64,000 nt of DNA from Mytilus trossulus (GCF_036588685.1 NC_086380.1:55118001-55182000), one strand, 5' to 3'. Shown: positions 27,546-42,112, counted from the stretch's first letter. Made by a program: numbers and translations. Notes: a model not told the origin generated them from the letters alone.

Positions 27546-30035
27546 CAAAACAAATATATGAAATACTGTTTAGATCTGATGAATACAAAATTTAAAAACA
27601 ATGTCCAGTATAGTTTTCTGTAGTTGCAAACTGATATGATGTAACTTTGTCAATATGACAATGTATTTAATTAACCTACTTTCATAAAAAGGTTTAAATA
27701 CCAAAAATATTTCAGACATTTAAAAATCCTATTTACATGTACCTTGTAGAATTATGTTTTTTTTTTGCTTATATGCCTGGCTTCAACCATGTGTGGTTGA
27801 GTACATGCTGATGTTATGTTGTCAATTGGCCTGAGGTTTGCTTGTTAGAGAACAACAACATGGCTGGCATGAGTCATTGCAAAGATTTTTTTTAATTCAG
27901 AAAGCAAATCAGTTTCAACCTAATGCATTATAATTAAATTAAGTCTCCATCCCCACTGGTCGTTTCTGCGTATTTATACACCCAACACAGTCAGAAGACA
28001 CCTCACTCTCTATAGTGGGTTTTAATACTAATGGAACGATTGAAATCAAGGTAATTTAAACTTATTGGGAGGAGAAATAAAGTTTGTGTCATGCATATTT
28101 TTAATTTACATATGTGCAATTTCTTTGATTTGATCCTTTACAAATGTTCTTTAAATTAAATGTATTTACGGGAAAGGTTGCTGCTTTTAATTAATAAGTT
28201 TGTAATTTTGATGGTCACTGTTGTACTTCAAATATAAATCTATGCAACAGAGGTATCAAATGATTACCAGCAATTGCCATTGTAAATTTGGTCACATTTA
28301 TTTATCAATAATTTATCTAACTCAAATATATTGAGACATATTATATGTTTTTTCAATAAATTATCGATATCAAATGGAAGCAAAAGGACTTAAGATCCAG
28401 CTAAAATATTAAAAACCGCCACATTCTGTATGTACGTACCTGTCCCAAGTCAGGAGCCTGTTATTCAGTATAGTTGTCGTTTGTCTATGACATACATGTT
28501 TGAATTTGTTCATTTTGTACACAAATTAGGTCGTTAGTTTTCTCGTTTAATTACATTGTCTTTTCAATGCCCTTTATAGCTTTCTATGCCGCGGTACATG
28601 CTTTGCTCATTATTGAAGGCTATACAGTGACCTATAGTTTTTAATTTCTGTGTCTCTTAACTTAGTTGGGAGAGTTATCTCATTGGCAATCATACCACAT
28701 CTTCCTTTTTATAATAAATATTTTTACAATTTTTGAACTACAAATCAAATAAAAAAAATAATTCTATTAATAATTAAAGGGCCCTTCGGTACATATTAAT
28801 TACAAACAAGAAAATAATAATAAAAAAAAAATACTTCTTAATATTAAATTGTTATTTGACAATTTACATAATTATATTCTTTTCTCTGATTTGCCTAGCA
28901 AATAATATAAACATTACGCCTTCTGTCATCTATTATATAATGCAGTTCATTGGGAATTATATTATGGTAGTTAACAAATATATGGAACTATATAGCTTTA
29001 ATTGTCCTGCCGACTCTGAATAAAGCTATTTTTATTTATTATCCCGCAAAGTGCCTCAATAGTTTTACCTGGAAAGGGAATTAACCCATATGTCTGAATT
29101 GCAAACCAACAGAAATTCTACACTGTCGATAATAGTTATCCTCGAGTGATTGCGAGTGAGTGATTATCAGTGTGAAGAGTATAATACTATATTTTTCTTC
29201 GTGAAGAAATTGAAACACAGTATTAAATAGAAAATAATTGTTAATCACCGATATCAAAGTTGTAAAATAGGAAGGCACTTCTACGGAGCGCCGATTTTAT
29301 AATTCCAATGAGAAAATATTTCATGTGGTTTGTAACGTCGTGAACGTTCACGGCTATCTTTTTTCTCCTTTTTTTAGACGAAACATACCATCTTTACCAG
29401 GGTCGCGCCTTGCTCATGTAGAATAGATCAACACATATCCAACATGATTTTACGGAGAAAATATTCTGGATTTTGGAAAAGTATGGATCCCCCCGTTATT
29501 TTTAGAAATAACACTTATTTTTGGCAAAAACATTAATAAAATGTCGTAAATATCTATAATTCCTTACCTTCTTCTACAATTTTACTCGAGATACTTACAA
29601 AATCAGATTCCTGGTTTATTTCTGCATTTGTGTGTCAATTTTCGTTGTCTGTTTACCTTTCTATAAATAGCGCGAGGAACGGAAAGGGTTAGCATTTGTC
29701 TGTCTCGATAGCTGAAAACTGACGTTTACGGCAACTCTTATCGTAGTTCAAAGATTTACTGCAAGCTAATATACACGTTGAAATATAAGATTATTACTGA
29801 AAAAAAGTCGAGTACACCTTTAACGGATATAGACGTATATTTTGCTTGTCCTGTTTTGAAGTTATATTTTTCTATTGGATTTGGATATTACCAGCCGGAA
29901 TAGTTAAAAACGCTTTCATAACAGTAATGTAAGTTTTATTACTGACATTTTTGCAAAAATAATGCCTTAATTTGATATTTGAGTGAACTTTACTTCTTCA
30001 TGTGTAAATATTGAGGTACGAAGAGGGATATTGTA

Positions 30036-30932
30036 ATGGAGAAATTACCAAAACCATTAGTTGCGCTTATTAACAGTATTGTAGACGAATATGAACATTT
30101 TAATTGGAATTCGAATTACTTAGGTGATAAAATGAGAATTTCGTTGATTTGGACCAGAGGTGAATATGTGAATACAAACAAAGGTGTAAAACACAAGTCG
30201 AAATCAAGTAAAGCCAGGGACACTAAACGGTTAAAAACGTGGCAAGATAAGAAAGAAAATTTACATAACGACGATGATATAGATACTAGTGATATAGATA
30301 CTGATAGTTCAGAGGAAGATATGAGCGAATCAAGTGATGAAAATCAACAAATCGACAAGGTAGATATCCCGCTGGTAACCCCCGAAAAAGTAAACATTAG
30401 ACCGGTTACGAAAATTACTCACCCGGTACGAGTGTCTATTAATAAGTCAATCAATAAAAACAATCATGAATCGCCACCAGAAAAAAGAGTGTGTCGTTGT
30501 TCGATATATGGAACGAGTGTGGAAGTTCAAAAACAAAGTGTACACACAAATATAAAGGAATGTGAACATGTAGAAATAGATGACGAAATAAAAACAGTCG
30601 CATCCAAATCGATAATAACCGGGAACAGTCCATGTAATGACAGCCACTATCAGAAAATAGTGTTTAATAGACGACCAGAAGGTGATATCGTGTTAGGAAA
30701 AATTAAAAAGAGAGATACATTAGTTATTTGTAATACAACAAAGAAGAAAATATATCATGTGAATCTTGATACGAACAAATCAGGTTATGAAGACACAATG
30801 TATTATATTAATAGATATAAAGATTTGAGAAAAACGGACGATGAAGAAATAAGTAGTTATGTTTTTCATGTTCCGAAATTAGAAAGATACGCGGAAGTTC
30901 ACAAACTTTGTCCGTGGTGTTTTTTGGAATGA
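30036..30932 (+). CDS. Intronless 298-aa protein of unknown function inside a poly(A)-tailed retroposed unit
   Basis: Longest ORF in an AT-rich window. Compact N-terminal region with a basic segment (KHKSKSSKARDTKR), an acidic tract, a linker, and a C-terminus ending HKLCPWC. No RT, endonuclease or transposase motif seen. Confidence 0.75.
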   Translation: MEKLPKPLVALINSIVDEYEHFNWNSNYLGDKMRISLIWTRGEYVNTNKGVKHKSKSSKARDTKRLKTWQDKKENLHNDDDIDTSDIDTDSSEEDMSESSDENQQIDKVDIPLVTPEKVNIRPVTKITHPVRVSINKSINKNNHESPPEKRVCRCSIYGTSVEVQKQSVHTNIKECEHVEIDDEIKTVASKSIITGNSPCNDSHYQKIVFNRRPEGDIVLGKIKKRDTLVICNTTKKKIYHVNLDTNKSGYEDTMYYINRYKDLRKTDDEEISSYVFHVPKLERYAEVHKLCPWCFLE

Positions 30933-31260
30933 ACAGTTATTTGGGGAAAAACCAAGATCCGTTTCATGCGTGAATTAACTCTTTAATTATATTGTTTATT
31001 ATGTATCAAAACTTAGGTTTGGAAACCAACCTATTTTTGTTAGGACTTAAAAATATTAGTTAAATATAACATTTGCGTATGCTAACATTTTGTGTATTTT
31101 TTTCTTGTAATAGTTCAAAGGCTATTTTATTGTTTTATATATAAAAAAGAAAATTTAAAAAAAAGGAAGTATATTCATACAATTAGTTTATCATAGGATA
31201 GATTGATTAAAAAAGTGACATTAATATAATCAGTTTGGTATATGAGAATTTGATGACTTA

Positions 31261-31357
31261 GAGTAAATGAGCGATTTGTTGAGTTGAGTAAATGAGCGAT
31301 TTGTTGAATTGAGTAAATGAGCGAGCTGTTGACTTAGAGTAAATGAGCGATTTGTTG
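31261..31357. repeat. 25-26 bp tandem repeat x4 (GAGTAAATGAGCGATTTGTTGA...) in the 3' UTR of the retroposed unit
   Basis: Units start at 31261, 31286, 31311 and 31337. Confidence 0.9.
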
Positions 31358-34300
31358 TTGTTGTTTTTTTCTTTTCAGGGAAAATGACAATAATTGACAT
31401 AAATGTTTGATATATGTGTAATTGTAATCTGTGATATGTATATAGAAGTGAAATTATAATAAAGATAAAAAAAAGGAAATTTAAAAAAAAAAAAAAAAAA
31501 ATAAAAAAAAAAAAAAAAAAAAAAATATTATTACTGAATTAAAAAGCGCAGATACTGTAGTTTCTCAAGCTATTTTTATTTATTTTTTACAGTGAGGGAA
31601 AAGTTGTTTATTTTGCAGTTACAAAAACGTTGCAAATGCGAAAAATGCATTGCGGCAGATATAGGTTTTTCAACGTGACGTTCCTACAGAGTCCCTACTT
31701 TTATATCCCATCAGGAAATTGAACTTTAGTTTATTTGGCAAACTTTTGACAGTACGCACAGTACTTGAGAGCTAGTTCAAAGCCACTTTCAACTTATAAC
31801 AGAATCCTGCATCTGAGACTTACTAATTAATCAGTACATATAAAAAAGCCAATGAATTGATTATAAAGAAGGCAAAACAATCATATGCAAACAGGACCTT
31901 GTGCAATGTCGAATACAGGTATCGACATATGGTAGATCCAGGAATGTCTCTCTCCATCCAAATAACAATTTATAAAACTAAACAATTATAGGTCAATGTA
32001 CGCATTCAACACGAAACCGTCGATAACAAAGAACAAACAGCTATTAAGGGCCCCAAAATCACTAGTGTAAACCCTTTCAAACGGGAAAACCAATGGTCTA
32101 ATATATATATAAAAAAAAAGAGACGAGAAGCACGTATGAATAACATAAACAAACGAAAAACTACTGTTAATCAGATTCCTGACTTCGGACAAGTGCAAAC
32201 ATTTACAGCGGGATTGCACGTTATTATAATGGTACCATACCTTGTCGCTTTTTCCGAATCAATAGTATAACATCACCACATAGAAAAACACACGATAAAA
32301 TATTAATTGGAAGGCTTAACTCAATCAAGAAACATAAATTAACCCATTATGAACGAATAAATTTGATCTGCGATACCTCAATGCAAATATATAGTTAAAA
32401 AAAAATATTCAGGACAAACATTTAAGGCCAAAAAGCAAACAAATCCAAACAAAGCAATAGCAATACACCATCGCGAAATATAAATACCTTACAAAATATT
32501 CACTATTGAAAAACAAATGGTTTCAAGATATTTTAAAGTAAATGAACAAACAATGTCGGTTTATGTATACAACTTCTGTGTTTATATCCAGAATTTATTT
32601 TTATCATCCCGCATAGTATCCAAAGTTTTAATTTCTTGTGTCTCAAGACCCCCACCTACTTACCATGGTGACGGTCATCATTCTAAAATGACATGTGAAC
32701 GTTCAATTGCAAGAGCCTGGCGCACCCCAAAGAACTAAACAAATAAATGAAAATAAAGTTTTGTTTAGTCGAAAAAGATGTTATGTATTCTGCTTCTTTA
32801 ATTTGCCTTTTTTATAATAAAAAATAACAGAAGTGACATCAAACTTTGGCCATAGCAAAAGTCAACTATCTTGTCATTTTTTAAAATGTTATATTTCTTT
32901 TAAAAAATAAAAACAGCAATCTTGATATTCATGAGCTTCACAAGAATAAGTATGCAAAGTTTTTCAGAGTTCAATAAATGTTAACGGGGTGTGCCAATGT
33001 GAATTATCATATGGATAAATGGTATTCAAATACTTAAGCCGCGACATTTAACACTGCATTGATGTAGATCGTTTATTCCCTTTTTCGATATAAAAATGAT
33101 GGGAGAGAAATAATCGACATTTTGATAGTTTTGTACTAGAAGTAGACATATTAAGGACATTAAATAATGTTATTATTTTCATTGTTATACTTGAGATGTT
33201 TATAAATCTTTAAAGAACCACCGTGTATAGTCTTTGAAGAGGAAAGGAGGGGGCACTATTACGTAATACGTTGTAAGAGCTATCGTAAGCCAATGTTCAC
33301 TTCTAACTGCACATATGCGTATATTCAAAATTTAGGGTATCTTTGACGAGTCCATACTTATATGAGCCGATAGCTAATACAATTTTCTTGTTTACTAATT
33401 TGAATTTGATTATCATTGGGTTTTAACGACTTGAACATTACCACGGTTTGGGATAGTAAAATAACGAGATGATCATAGACGACGAACCAGTATTTCTAAA
33501 ATTCCTGATAGGCAAAAAACACTAGTGCTTGAAATTAAAAGTATGAAACAACTTCTTTCAAACTCATGTTTCATAAGAATTATTAATCTGCTCAGTCCAG
33601 TTAAAGTTTTTTCAATGTTTTTATTTTTAAACATTTTATTTAGTTCACTGAATTGTCAGGATCAGAAACTGTCACATTACAGGTGTGAATGGGTCTTTTT
33701 TAAACTTTACCAGCTGTTAAAACGAATTTCTAGAGCTTGTTCATTTGTTAAACATACAAGACCTGTTGGTGACCTTCTGCTGTTTTTTTTTTCTTTCTTT
33801 GGTCGGGTTGTTGTCTCTTTGACACATTACCCATTTCCATACTCAATGTTATCCTTTATTAGTTATAGTCTTTAGTATAAAACAGTAAATACTCATAGAA
33901 AAAGTCATTACAAAAAAAGAAATTTCGTTTTTTTTTTAACTATTTGTTTATTCAATAAAGATGTATACATGAGAAAGCCTTGGTTTCATAATGTGTATTA
34001 TTTGCCTATCAAATACAAACATGTCTATTTCAAAATTTCAATGAAACAAATGAAATTTTTTCATCCATTTCAATTAGGTTTCTACAATTAAAACCAAAAA
34101 CATTGCATATAACTGATAATCCTTATCACAATGCAAACAATACTTTCTTGCTGGTTTCCATGGTCCATAATAAATATAGACAAATATCACCCTGCTGGTT
34201 TTCATATAATAATGTTGTATTTTTTTATTCCTAAACTTGTCTTTTAAATTATTTATGTTGCATGCAAAAAATATTCCTATATTCATGTAAAATGTGGTGA

Positions 34301-37300
34301 ATTATAATATATATAAATATAAACCAGGAAGTACACGCATGTACCACATATGATGTTTGTATTATATCTCACTCAGTTCAATGTTTTAATGTTTTATGTA
34401 AATATACAAACAAATCTCAACTACTGCACATGATGCATAATGATATGAACATTTCATTTGTGTGTTGATCCTTCAAGTAATAAGTGCAAAGACATTTCCT
34501 CTGATGTTATACATTTATTTATTTTTTGTCTTTAATGTTCTTTAGATAGTTTTGACAGCAATGTAATCCTGTCTTGTGTTGTCACAATTGCTGCATTTCA
34601 AAAGTTGCATGTGACAAGGATCTAAAACTATCACCATATATGGTCACAAATTGTTTGAAAATTTCCTTGTATGTGTTGATCTTCAAAGAAACAAATGAGG
34701 GACGAAGGATACCAGATGGACAGTCAAACTCATAAATCGAAAATAAACTGACAACGCCATGGCTATACATGAAAACGACAATAGTTTACATGACACAACA
34801 TTGAAAACTAAAGAATAAACAACACGAACCCAACCAAAAACCAGCGGTGATCTCAGGTGGTAACTCTTTTTCTCTGATTACTTTCTGTTATAAATTTCAG
34901 TTAGGCTAGATAAAACACCATTGCCTCCAAGTCATCTTCATACATAAACTGAAAAAAATCTTAAACAATTAGTGTCATTTTAAAGTTATTGGTATTCATG
35001 TTATAATACAAATAGAAAACTTCAGTCAAAATTTTCACATTTGTGTATTCCTTTATCATTATTGAATAAAAAGTAAACAAAGTTCTAAATTGATTTAAAA
35101 TGAACTTTTATTAGAAGAATTGTCTGCTATTATAGAAACTACACAACTTATATTTTGAGTATTTCATTAAAAAATGGTTTGTGTCTGTTGTGTCGTAGTT
35201 CTCTTAATTTTACCTCAGTTTTAGTTTGTAACCCAGATTGGTTTTTTTCTGTATCGATTTATGAAATTTTGAACAGCGGTATACTACTGTTGCCGTGTTG
35301 TGTCCATATACTGCTATTGTCATTCTATGATTATAAATGTTATATCTAGACTTGCATACTTCCCGTATTGATCCACTTTCTGTCTAAAAATGTCAAAAAA
35401 AATTGCTTCAAAACAAGATCGCCACACCCATACTGCTCGATGTATGCGACCAAAATATTATTGGTATGCCCCCAATCTGCCTGCCAATACTTTTCAAGTT
35501 ATTTTTTACAATGAGAAACTACCAAGAAAACCATATCATAGTTTTCTCTACATTTACTTCATATATCTCTTCATTTTTATTTTATCAGTAGACAGGCCTC
35601 TGCAAAAGAGAGACGAAAGATACAAAAGGGACAGTCAAACTCATCAATAGAAAAATAAAACTGACAACGCTATGACTAAAAAGGAAAAACAATAGAAAAA
35701 CAAACAGTAGTACACATTGCACAACATAGAAATGTAAAAATCTGCAACACGAAACCCACCAAATTTGCAACCAATGTTCAAACTACCCGTATTTTAGATC
35801 GCTAACAAATGTGATGGATAGATGTTCTTAATTTCTACAGTCAATAAACATATTCAGAGCAATACAAAAAAATAAAATACAGATAAATAGGGAATTAAAG
35901 TGACATAAAAGTGTTTTTTTTTCCCAATAATTCAAACAATAACTACCAAAATTCTCCCGTTTCACGATATGGTAATACAATTCAAATTAAAAAAAACAAA
36001 CTAATTAGATACAGTAGGTTTCCTTCTTCCCCAGCCATTTGTGTAAACAAATTCTAGTTGTATCTATAAAACAATTAATTGTTTGGCTTTTTCTCTCCAT
36101 TCCCCTAAAAGAACGATTTGTTAACCTTAAGTTTAGATTTAAATTTATTTCCCAGTTAAATTTTTATAGTGTTTGATTTCAGGGTCAGAAGTTTAAATTA
36201 TTTTCTTTTTTTGACAGGGGTTCCCATTTTTTGTGGAGAGCAGATAATTATTTGATTATGTCTTGTCTCTCAGGTTGACACGTTTCTTTTAAGACACTAC
36301 AGTTTTTGAATACTCTTTAGTGTCATGTTATTTATATGTCAGACTCTTGATTAAGAAGGAAAAAAAAAACATGTGATGATGTGTATATCATGACCTGTTC
36401 AGGCTGATGACATGTGCGTTTTATGATAGACCACCAGTGACTACGTTTAAAACTTATGAAAACTATTGTCACCTATCAAATAAAATGTTCAAAAAGGGTA
36501 CGTATCTGGAATACATTTTGTCTTAATACTCGTGAAATGCACATATTATGTATTTCTTTAGTTTAGAGTTTGCAATATTACTGTAATGGATCTATCAGTG
36601 TTTTTGTCTGAATAGCTTGAGTCAAAACATCCGGTTTATTTGCGCATGCCTACCTGGGCTACCTAATATGCAAATAAACCATGTGCTGATTCACCAGGAC
36701 CTATAATTTAACAACATAGAGTTGAGAGATGTTTTAAAAATACACAATGGCAAAAAAACAAAAAAAAAACAAAGTAATTACATAAAATAGAACTTAACAA
36801 AATGTACTTTGAATGTTCTAATGAGTTTTGTTTGAAAAAAGGAATTACAAAATAATGACAGGACACTTCATTGATGAGTTTATCCTAAAACACCCATCTA
36901 TAGATGGACTGGTTTATTTTGAAGGAATCGGTTAAACTCCGCTCAGTCAAGTGAGTAATAAAAGTTGTTGTTTTTTTAAGATGAGAAGGTCTGCTAAAAA
37001 GTCTATGATGATCTCTTTTTTTTCAGCATAAGAAACGAATATATTTGTAATTTATACTATGTGAACTTTTCTCTGTTCAGATGAAGGAAATGCACGATTT
37101 TTCTTAAAAAGATTAAATCGTAGTTTTGCAACAGACGGCGGCACATCGGGCATGCCATTATAACCACTTTCACGTAGTAATTTTGTTCCAGTAGCCAAAA
37201 CTTTGTCTCGAACAATTAGACTATTAAAGTTTGCACTTTGTAAATACAGCTGTTTTTGAAAACACTCCTCTTTTGGGGAGATCTTGAATATTCATAGGAC

Positions 37301-39268
37301 ATTTATTTTGTTTACATACTGGTTCCCAATTATGCTCTCTGAGATCCATTTCACAGAAACATAACATGGGAATGTTACCAATAAGTAAACATGTGTATAT
37401 TGTTTACTTTGAAATTGATGGTAATCTGAGAAGTTCAAGGCATATAAACGTTGAAAATATGCCGCACAGCCTTATATTTTGACCTTTGAAAAACATTGGG
37501 GTGCATATGAACTTTCAATTCTAGTTTAAGATTTTTTTGCAATACTTCTTAGTAAAAGAAGTACAGTTTCAGCTGAAAATCGAGTTCTTATTGGAAGCGC
37601 AGGGTCAATATTTACTGACATGCAATCCTTTCCTGGTAGCCTATGCACTGCCTGGAACATACGCTCCTTTGGTATCTCGAGAGTTTTTTTTAAAGAAAAA
37701 CCGGACATAATCATCAATCGTGTTTATCAACTGTGTTTTCAACAAATTTAAAAAAAGACGGAGAGTAGAAAAACACCACTTCATGCAATCGCCATGTTAC
37801 CGGAAGTCATTATACTGCTAATTAGGTTTGAGATATGCTCTTAGTGCGTTGAAGATCTATTTTTACTTAATTATGGAAATCTTAACTATGCTGTTATTTA
37901 AATTTACATCGGTAAGTGCAAATAGATATTCAACACAACAAGAGCATATCTCAAATCAGACAGCTTTCTAATCAACAATACCGAATAATAGTTCAACGAA
38001 GGGACGCCGTAATCAGTTTTATTCACGAGAGAGACCCATGTAAATTAATGAGAAAGATGTAAGGACAAAACTCATCGATTATAAGTAGTATGACTTATTT
38101 CAATTGAGTTTATCAATCAGACAATCTGACAATACGGAAGAGGTAGATGATTTATGCAAATAATTGCGGCAGAAGTTATATTTTACCAAGGCATTAAATT
38201 CACGTTCAGGATTATAGACTGATAGTTTTGTTGACAACAAAGAGTTTTTTTCCTTAAAAACACAAAACGTGGTACTTTTTTATTGGAAATATCACGAATG
38301 ACAACATATTGAGTTGTTATGCATACACTTGTTCCCACTGACATCAGTATTGTATTACAGAAAATGAAGAAAAAATTAAGAAAATCAAAGTATTGATCGT
38401 GGGCTTAATTTTTTTGTACTGCATACGATATTATTTGGTGAATGTATCATCGCAACGATTGACATCTTTTCTCAAAAATTAAAAATATGTAAAGTCTCTG
38501 AATGATTGCATAATAAAAACTATAAGACAAATTTCCATACGTTTCGGCCTTTACGGCCTTTTTCATTGGAATAATTACAACATTGAACCAACAATTACAT
38601 CGCTTGGATACAATAACTTCTATGACGTTCATTTGCCGCGTTTTTCGCTTTTTTTATATAAATATATTTTCTAACAGGGGCTTGTTATTTGCTCTGTTTG
38701 CTTGTTTTAGCGACAATATATGAATGACAATACTTATTTGTTCTTTCTTTCAGAATAATCGGTTATAGATATGAAAACAACACTGATATTCAATCGATCA
38801 ACTTCAAATTCAAATTATTGCAAATTATTACTTGAAAGGTATTATTAAAGATTTAAGTATAATGTTATCAACTGGTTATTAGCATAAGTATAGATTTGAA
38901 AATTAAAGCTATGTCACACTATGAAACGATAAGTTATATACATAGTTAAAAGTTCAAACGTTCAGGTGTGTTTCTGTAGTGTCAAAAGAAGAAAATATTA
39001 AAAGTAATAATTAAATAGATGCGTTTTTTTGAATTTATATTTTATATGGATATATATTTTTTTTTTACAATAGGATAATACTTTTTACATCTCATTTGTA
39101 TACATTGAAAACAAAACATAAGAGCCATCAATTAAATTTGTATTGGGAATATTCGATTTTTTCGTCATGGTAACAACTGCTTATGAAAAATAAATAGTTC
39201 TTATAGAACGAATATGCATGGTTACGAATAGATTGTTTTTTCTAGAAAGAGAAATGTTCAAGTTTCAA

Positions 39269-39320
39269 ATGACTGCTTATTTTGTTTCGATCAAGTTACT
39301 TCTGTTGTTTATTTATAGTG
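39269..39320 (+). CDS. Paralog 2 exon 1 (signal peptide)
   Basis: Reads MTAYFVSIKLLLLFIYS then G|gtaagt; same atagtg|gtaagtttt junction as paralog 1. Confidence 0.75.
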
Positions 39321-40751
39321 GTAAGTTTTTTTTTGTAGAATTTGCAAATGTTACATATACATGTTCTTCATCTTTGTTTGCCACTAATTGGTTAATAGTT
39401 ATTACTTGATAAGGATGCATATACATTTCATTTGTCGACGGAGTTTTAGGGAGTATGACCATTTAGTGCCGACAATCATCTCTTTTCAGAAAAAAAAAAA
39501 GAATTAAAAAGTTTAACGTATACGTGTTTTAGACGTTTGTGTTAAGTTAAACTTAATGGTTATAATACAAATTATTTAGTGCAAATGCTATGGTTGTAAT
39601 AGTAAAATATGCTGGTATTTGTTTTTCAATATTTTTATTTCAGACTATTCCGAGTTTAACACTACAGTTGTTAATGGTTTTTTGGAGACTTGATTTGAAA
39701 ATGCATTGGATATGTTATGTTGATGTTTAAAAAACATTAGTTTTCGTCAGATTCTGCATATAGTAAGACAAAATACAACGATTAAATGTACAGCTATAAT
39801 CTCTCGCCCCACTTTCATATGAGTTTCAATATATTATGAAGTTTTTGAATTTTCAATGGGGACGTCTCATGCGTCACTAAATGCAAATTTGTCTCTGTTT
39901 CATTGAGAGTAACAATGTCATCAAAGACAAATCAAAACAACATATGATACACAACTTTAATTATGACACTTTTCGATGTTTGGATACTATATCGGGTTTC
40001 CATAATGACGGATTAAGTATACCAAAGAGATATATCCTGCTTAAATGACTTTAAATACATCTTATTCTAACAATGAAATCTGCCCTTCGCAAGGTAAATT
40101 AAGTATCAATGTGTTTGTCTTGATAAAAATCATCAGGAAACAAGATGTTTATTAATTTTCAAGAAGACATATTCATCAGTTTAGCTACAGTCAAATCAAT
40201 TAAAAGCCGAAACAAGTTCAATGAATATTATTATATTTGGGAAATTAGTAGGTCTGGTATGGGCCGATTTTTGCATGGTTCGTCTGACGAAAGATGTAGT
40301 AATTCAAAGTGGTCCGATTCAAGCGTAGATAGGACAAATCTATCAAATATGCCGAAAAATCTCACTTTTCAGATGGTTTTTTTTGTGAAAAATGATATTG
40401 ACCCGTGTGTATCCTTAAGCATTACATATGGTATATATCATCATCAAATACAACTTATATTGTTATATTTGAATAGTAAAAATTACCAAATTCATTAAAA
40501 ACGGAAACTCGAAAATTACACTGAAATGTTTAAATTGTGTAAATTTCAGTAAGTTAACTGATTGCACGCAGTTAGTACCAGAAATATGTCAATTGTATTG
40601 TCAAAAAAAGATCATATTTATATAGCAGAAGTACTCTTCTTTCCAATGAATAGCTAAAAGTTTGAAACATTTATTTACAGACTGCTATTTGTAGAACCAA
40701 AAAGGTCTTACTGAACTTACTGTTCTCCTTTAAATTGATATATAATTCCAG

Positions 40752-41246
40752 CAAATGGTGCAGATGCAATATTAATACAAACCTTTAACAGTGGTAATAT
40801 TGATGCTGATTCAACACCAGATGTTTTTAATTATTACACAAATCTGTCCGAATACCACTTGTATCCGTCACAGAACAAGATGTTCAGGTTTGGAGTCGAA
40901 GCTTGTCATGATGCATTCATTCTGCTATCATCTGTAGTCAATCTACAGTCGCAAGACTTTTATGAAATTTGTATCGGTGGAACAGATAACACAGCGTCCA
41001 GCTTTCGTCGGAAGTACAACACTGGGAACACTCTTTTTATTTTTACACCAGAAATTTTAAACTGCACTGAAAAACGGACAATAACTTTGAAATGGACATT
41101 CAACGGAGAACTAACACTTCTTAAAGAAACTAATGGCGGAACGGAAGTAGTAATGACATGGACAGATCCCAACCCAATACCTATACATGGTGTCGGAATC
41201 ATGACTGGATGGGGAGCCGACGGACTTTGGACTATAGAATATCCGT
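40752..41246 (+). CDS. Paralog 2 exon 2: Methyltransf_FA domain
   Basis: Acceptor ttccag| and donor T|gtaag. Motifs FGVEACHDAFILLS, FYEICIGG and WTDPNPIPIHGVGIMTGWGADGLW. Confidence 0.9.
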
Positions 41247-41547
41247 GTAAGTTAACTAATTTGTATAATTGTATCATTAATTCATCGAGTTCGAGTAAGT
41301 TATAAAGTATCAGTGCCAAACCTTCAATTGTTGGTATTCTCTAACGTATATAAGTTAATCAGCGTGTTTTGGTTCACAATGATCGGTTTATAACATCACC
41401 ATCAGCTGTATATTGTTCAGTGACTGGAAGAACTCAATCAAAAATAGAGCATATACGTTGTTGTCTTCATTGACGGGTGTAAAACAATTCGTTATGTATT
41501 ATGGTAGGCCTATACTAATCTGTATAAGAGAAATAAGGATAGTTTAT

Positions 41548-41916
41548 TACGAGTTGGTTGACCGTTATGGAATAACCGTTTCACAAATGATATCGGATAT
41601 GTTCCTTACGTCGTAACTACAATCCCCTCCCCTTTCAAGAATTTGACCTACCGAATTAGACTCTTTACCGGATTTGTAATCACATAAGCAACACGACGGG
41701 TGCCGCATGTGGAGCAGGATCTGCTTACCCTTCCGGAGCACCTGAGATCACCCCTAGTTTTTGGTGGGGTTCGTATTGTTTATTCTTTAGTTTTCTATGT
41801 TGTGTTATGTGTACTATTGTTTTTCTGTATGTCGTTTTCATTTTTAGCCATGGCGTTGTCAGTTTGTTTTAGATTTACGAGTTTGACTGTCCCTTTGGTT
41901 TCTTTCGTCCCTCTTT
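41548..41916 (+). mobile_element. 3' end of a Penelope-like retroelement (family B) in intron 2 of paralog 2; further copies near 7775, 10777, 14040, 23465, 26645, 34690, 35600, 47000
   Basis: Translates ELVDRYGITVSQMISDMF, followed by the recurrent untranslated tail (ggagcaggatctgcttacccttccggagcacctgagatcacc). Confidence 0.7.
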
Positions 41917-42112
41917 TATTAATGATTTTGGTTTATTTCATATGAAAAACATTAAAACGAGACTATCAGGTTATCTTTCTTATGAACCTCATATCCGAAT
42001 ATTTGAAAGAAAATTAAGGATCTATAAAAAAAAAATATTTTACCAAAACGTTATATGTATGGTAAGAGGAAATCAATGCAATCATGTAAAGGTGTATCAT
42101 TTCATTTTTTAG

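Larger units (their letters stand above)
29802..31525 (+). mobile_element. Candidate non-autonomous retroposed element or retrocopy carrying the 298-aa ORF
   Basis: AATAAA at 31458 and poly(A) at 31483..31525. Direct repeat AAGATTATTACTGAA (29787..29801) / AATATTATTACTGAA (31524..31538) flanks the unit. Confidence 0.6.

Noticed and set aside
27100-28050. Exon-like patches with GT/AG sites on both strands
   Set aside because: They could not be joined into a consistent frame or recognised as a domain.
31261-31357. Short tandem arrays (31261, 27374, 56188) as CRISPR arrays
   Set aside because: No unique spacers, no cas genes, and a eukaryotic context.
29023-31584. 18-bp direct repeat AAGCTATTTTTATTTATT (29023 and 31567) as the TSD of the retroposed unit
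   Set aside because: Low complexity; the right copy is ~40 nt beyond the poly(A), and the left copy looks like the AATAAA-tailed end of a separate element. The repeat abutting the poly(A) is preferred.
37052-37291. 79-codon stop-free frame on the minus strand (…QSANFNSLIVRDKVLATGTKLLRESGYNGMPDVPP…)
   Set aside because: No start codon at its 5' end, no convincing splice acceptor and no recognisable domain. The length is within the chance range.
41700-41945. ORFs MPHVEQDLLTLPEHLRSP... (also 14088) as a gene family
   Set aside because: They are readings of the high-copy family B repeat tail, not host genes.
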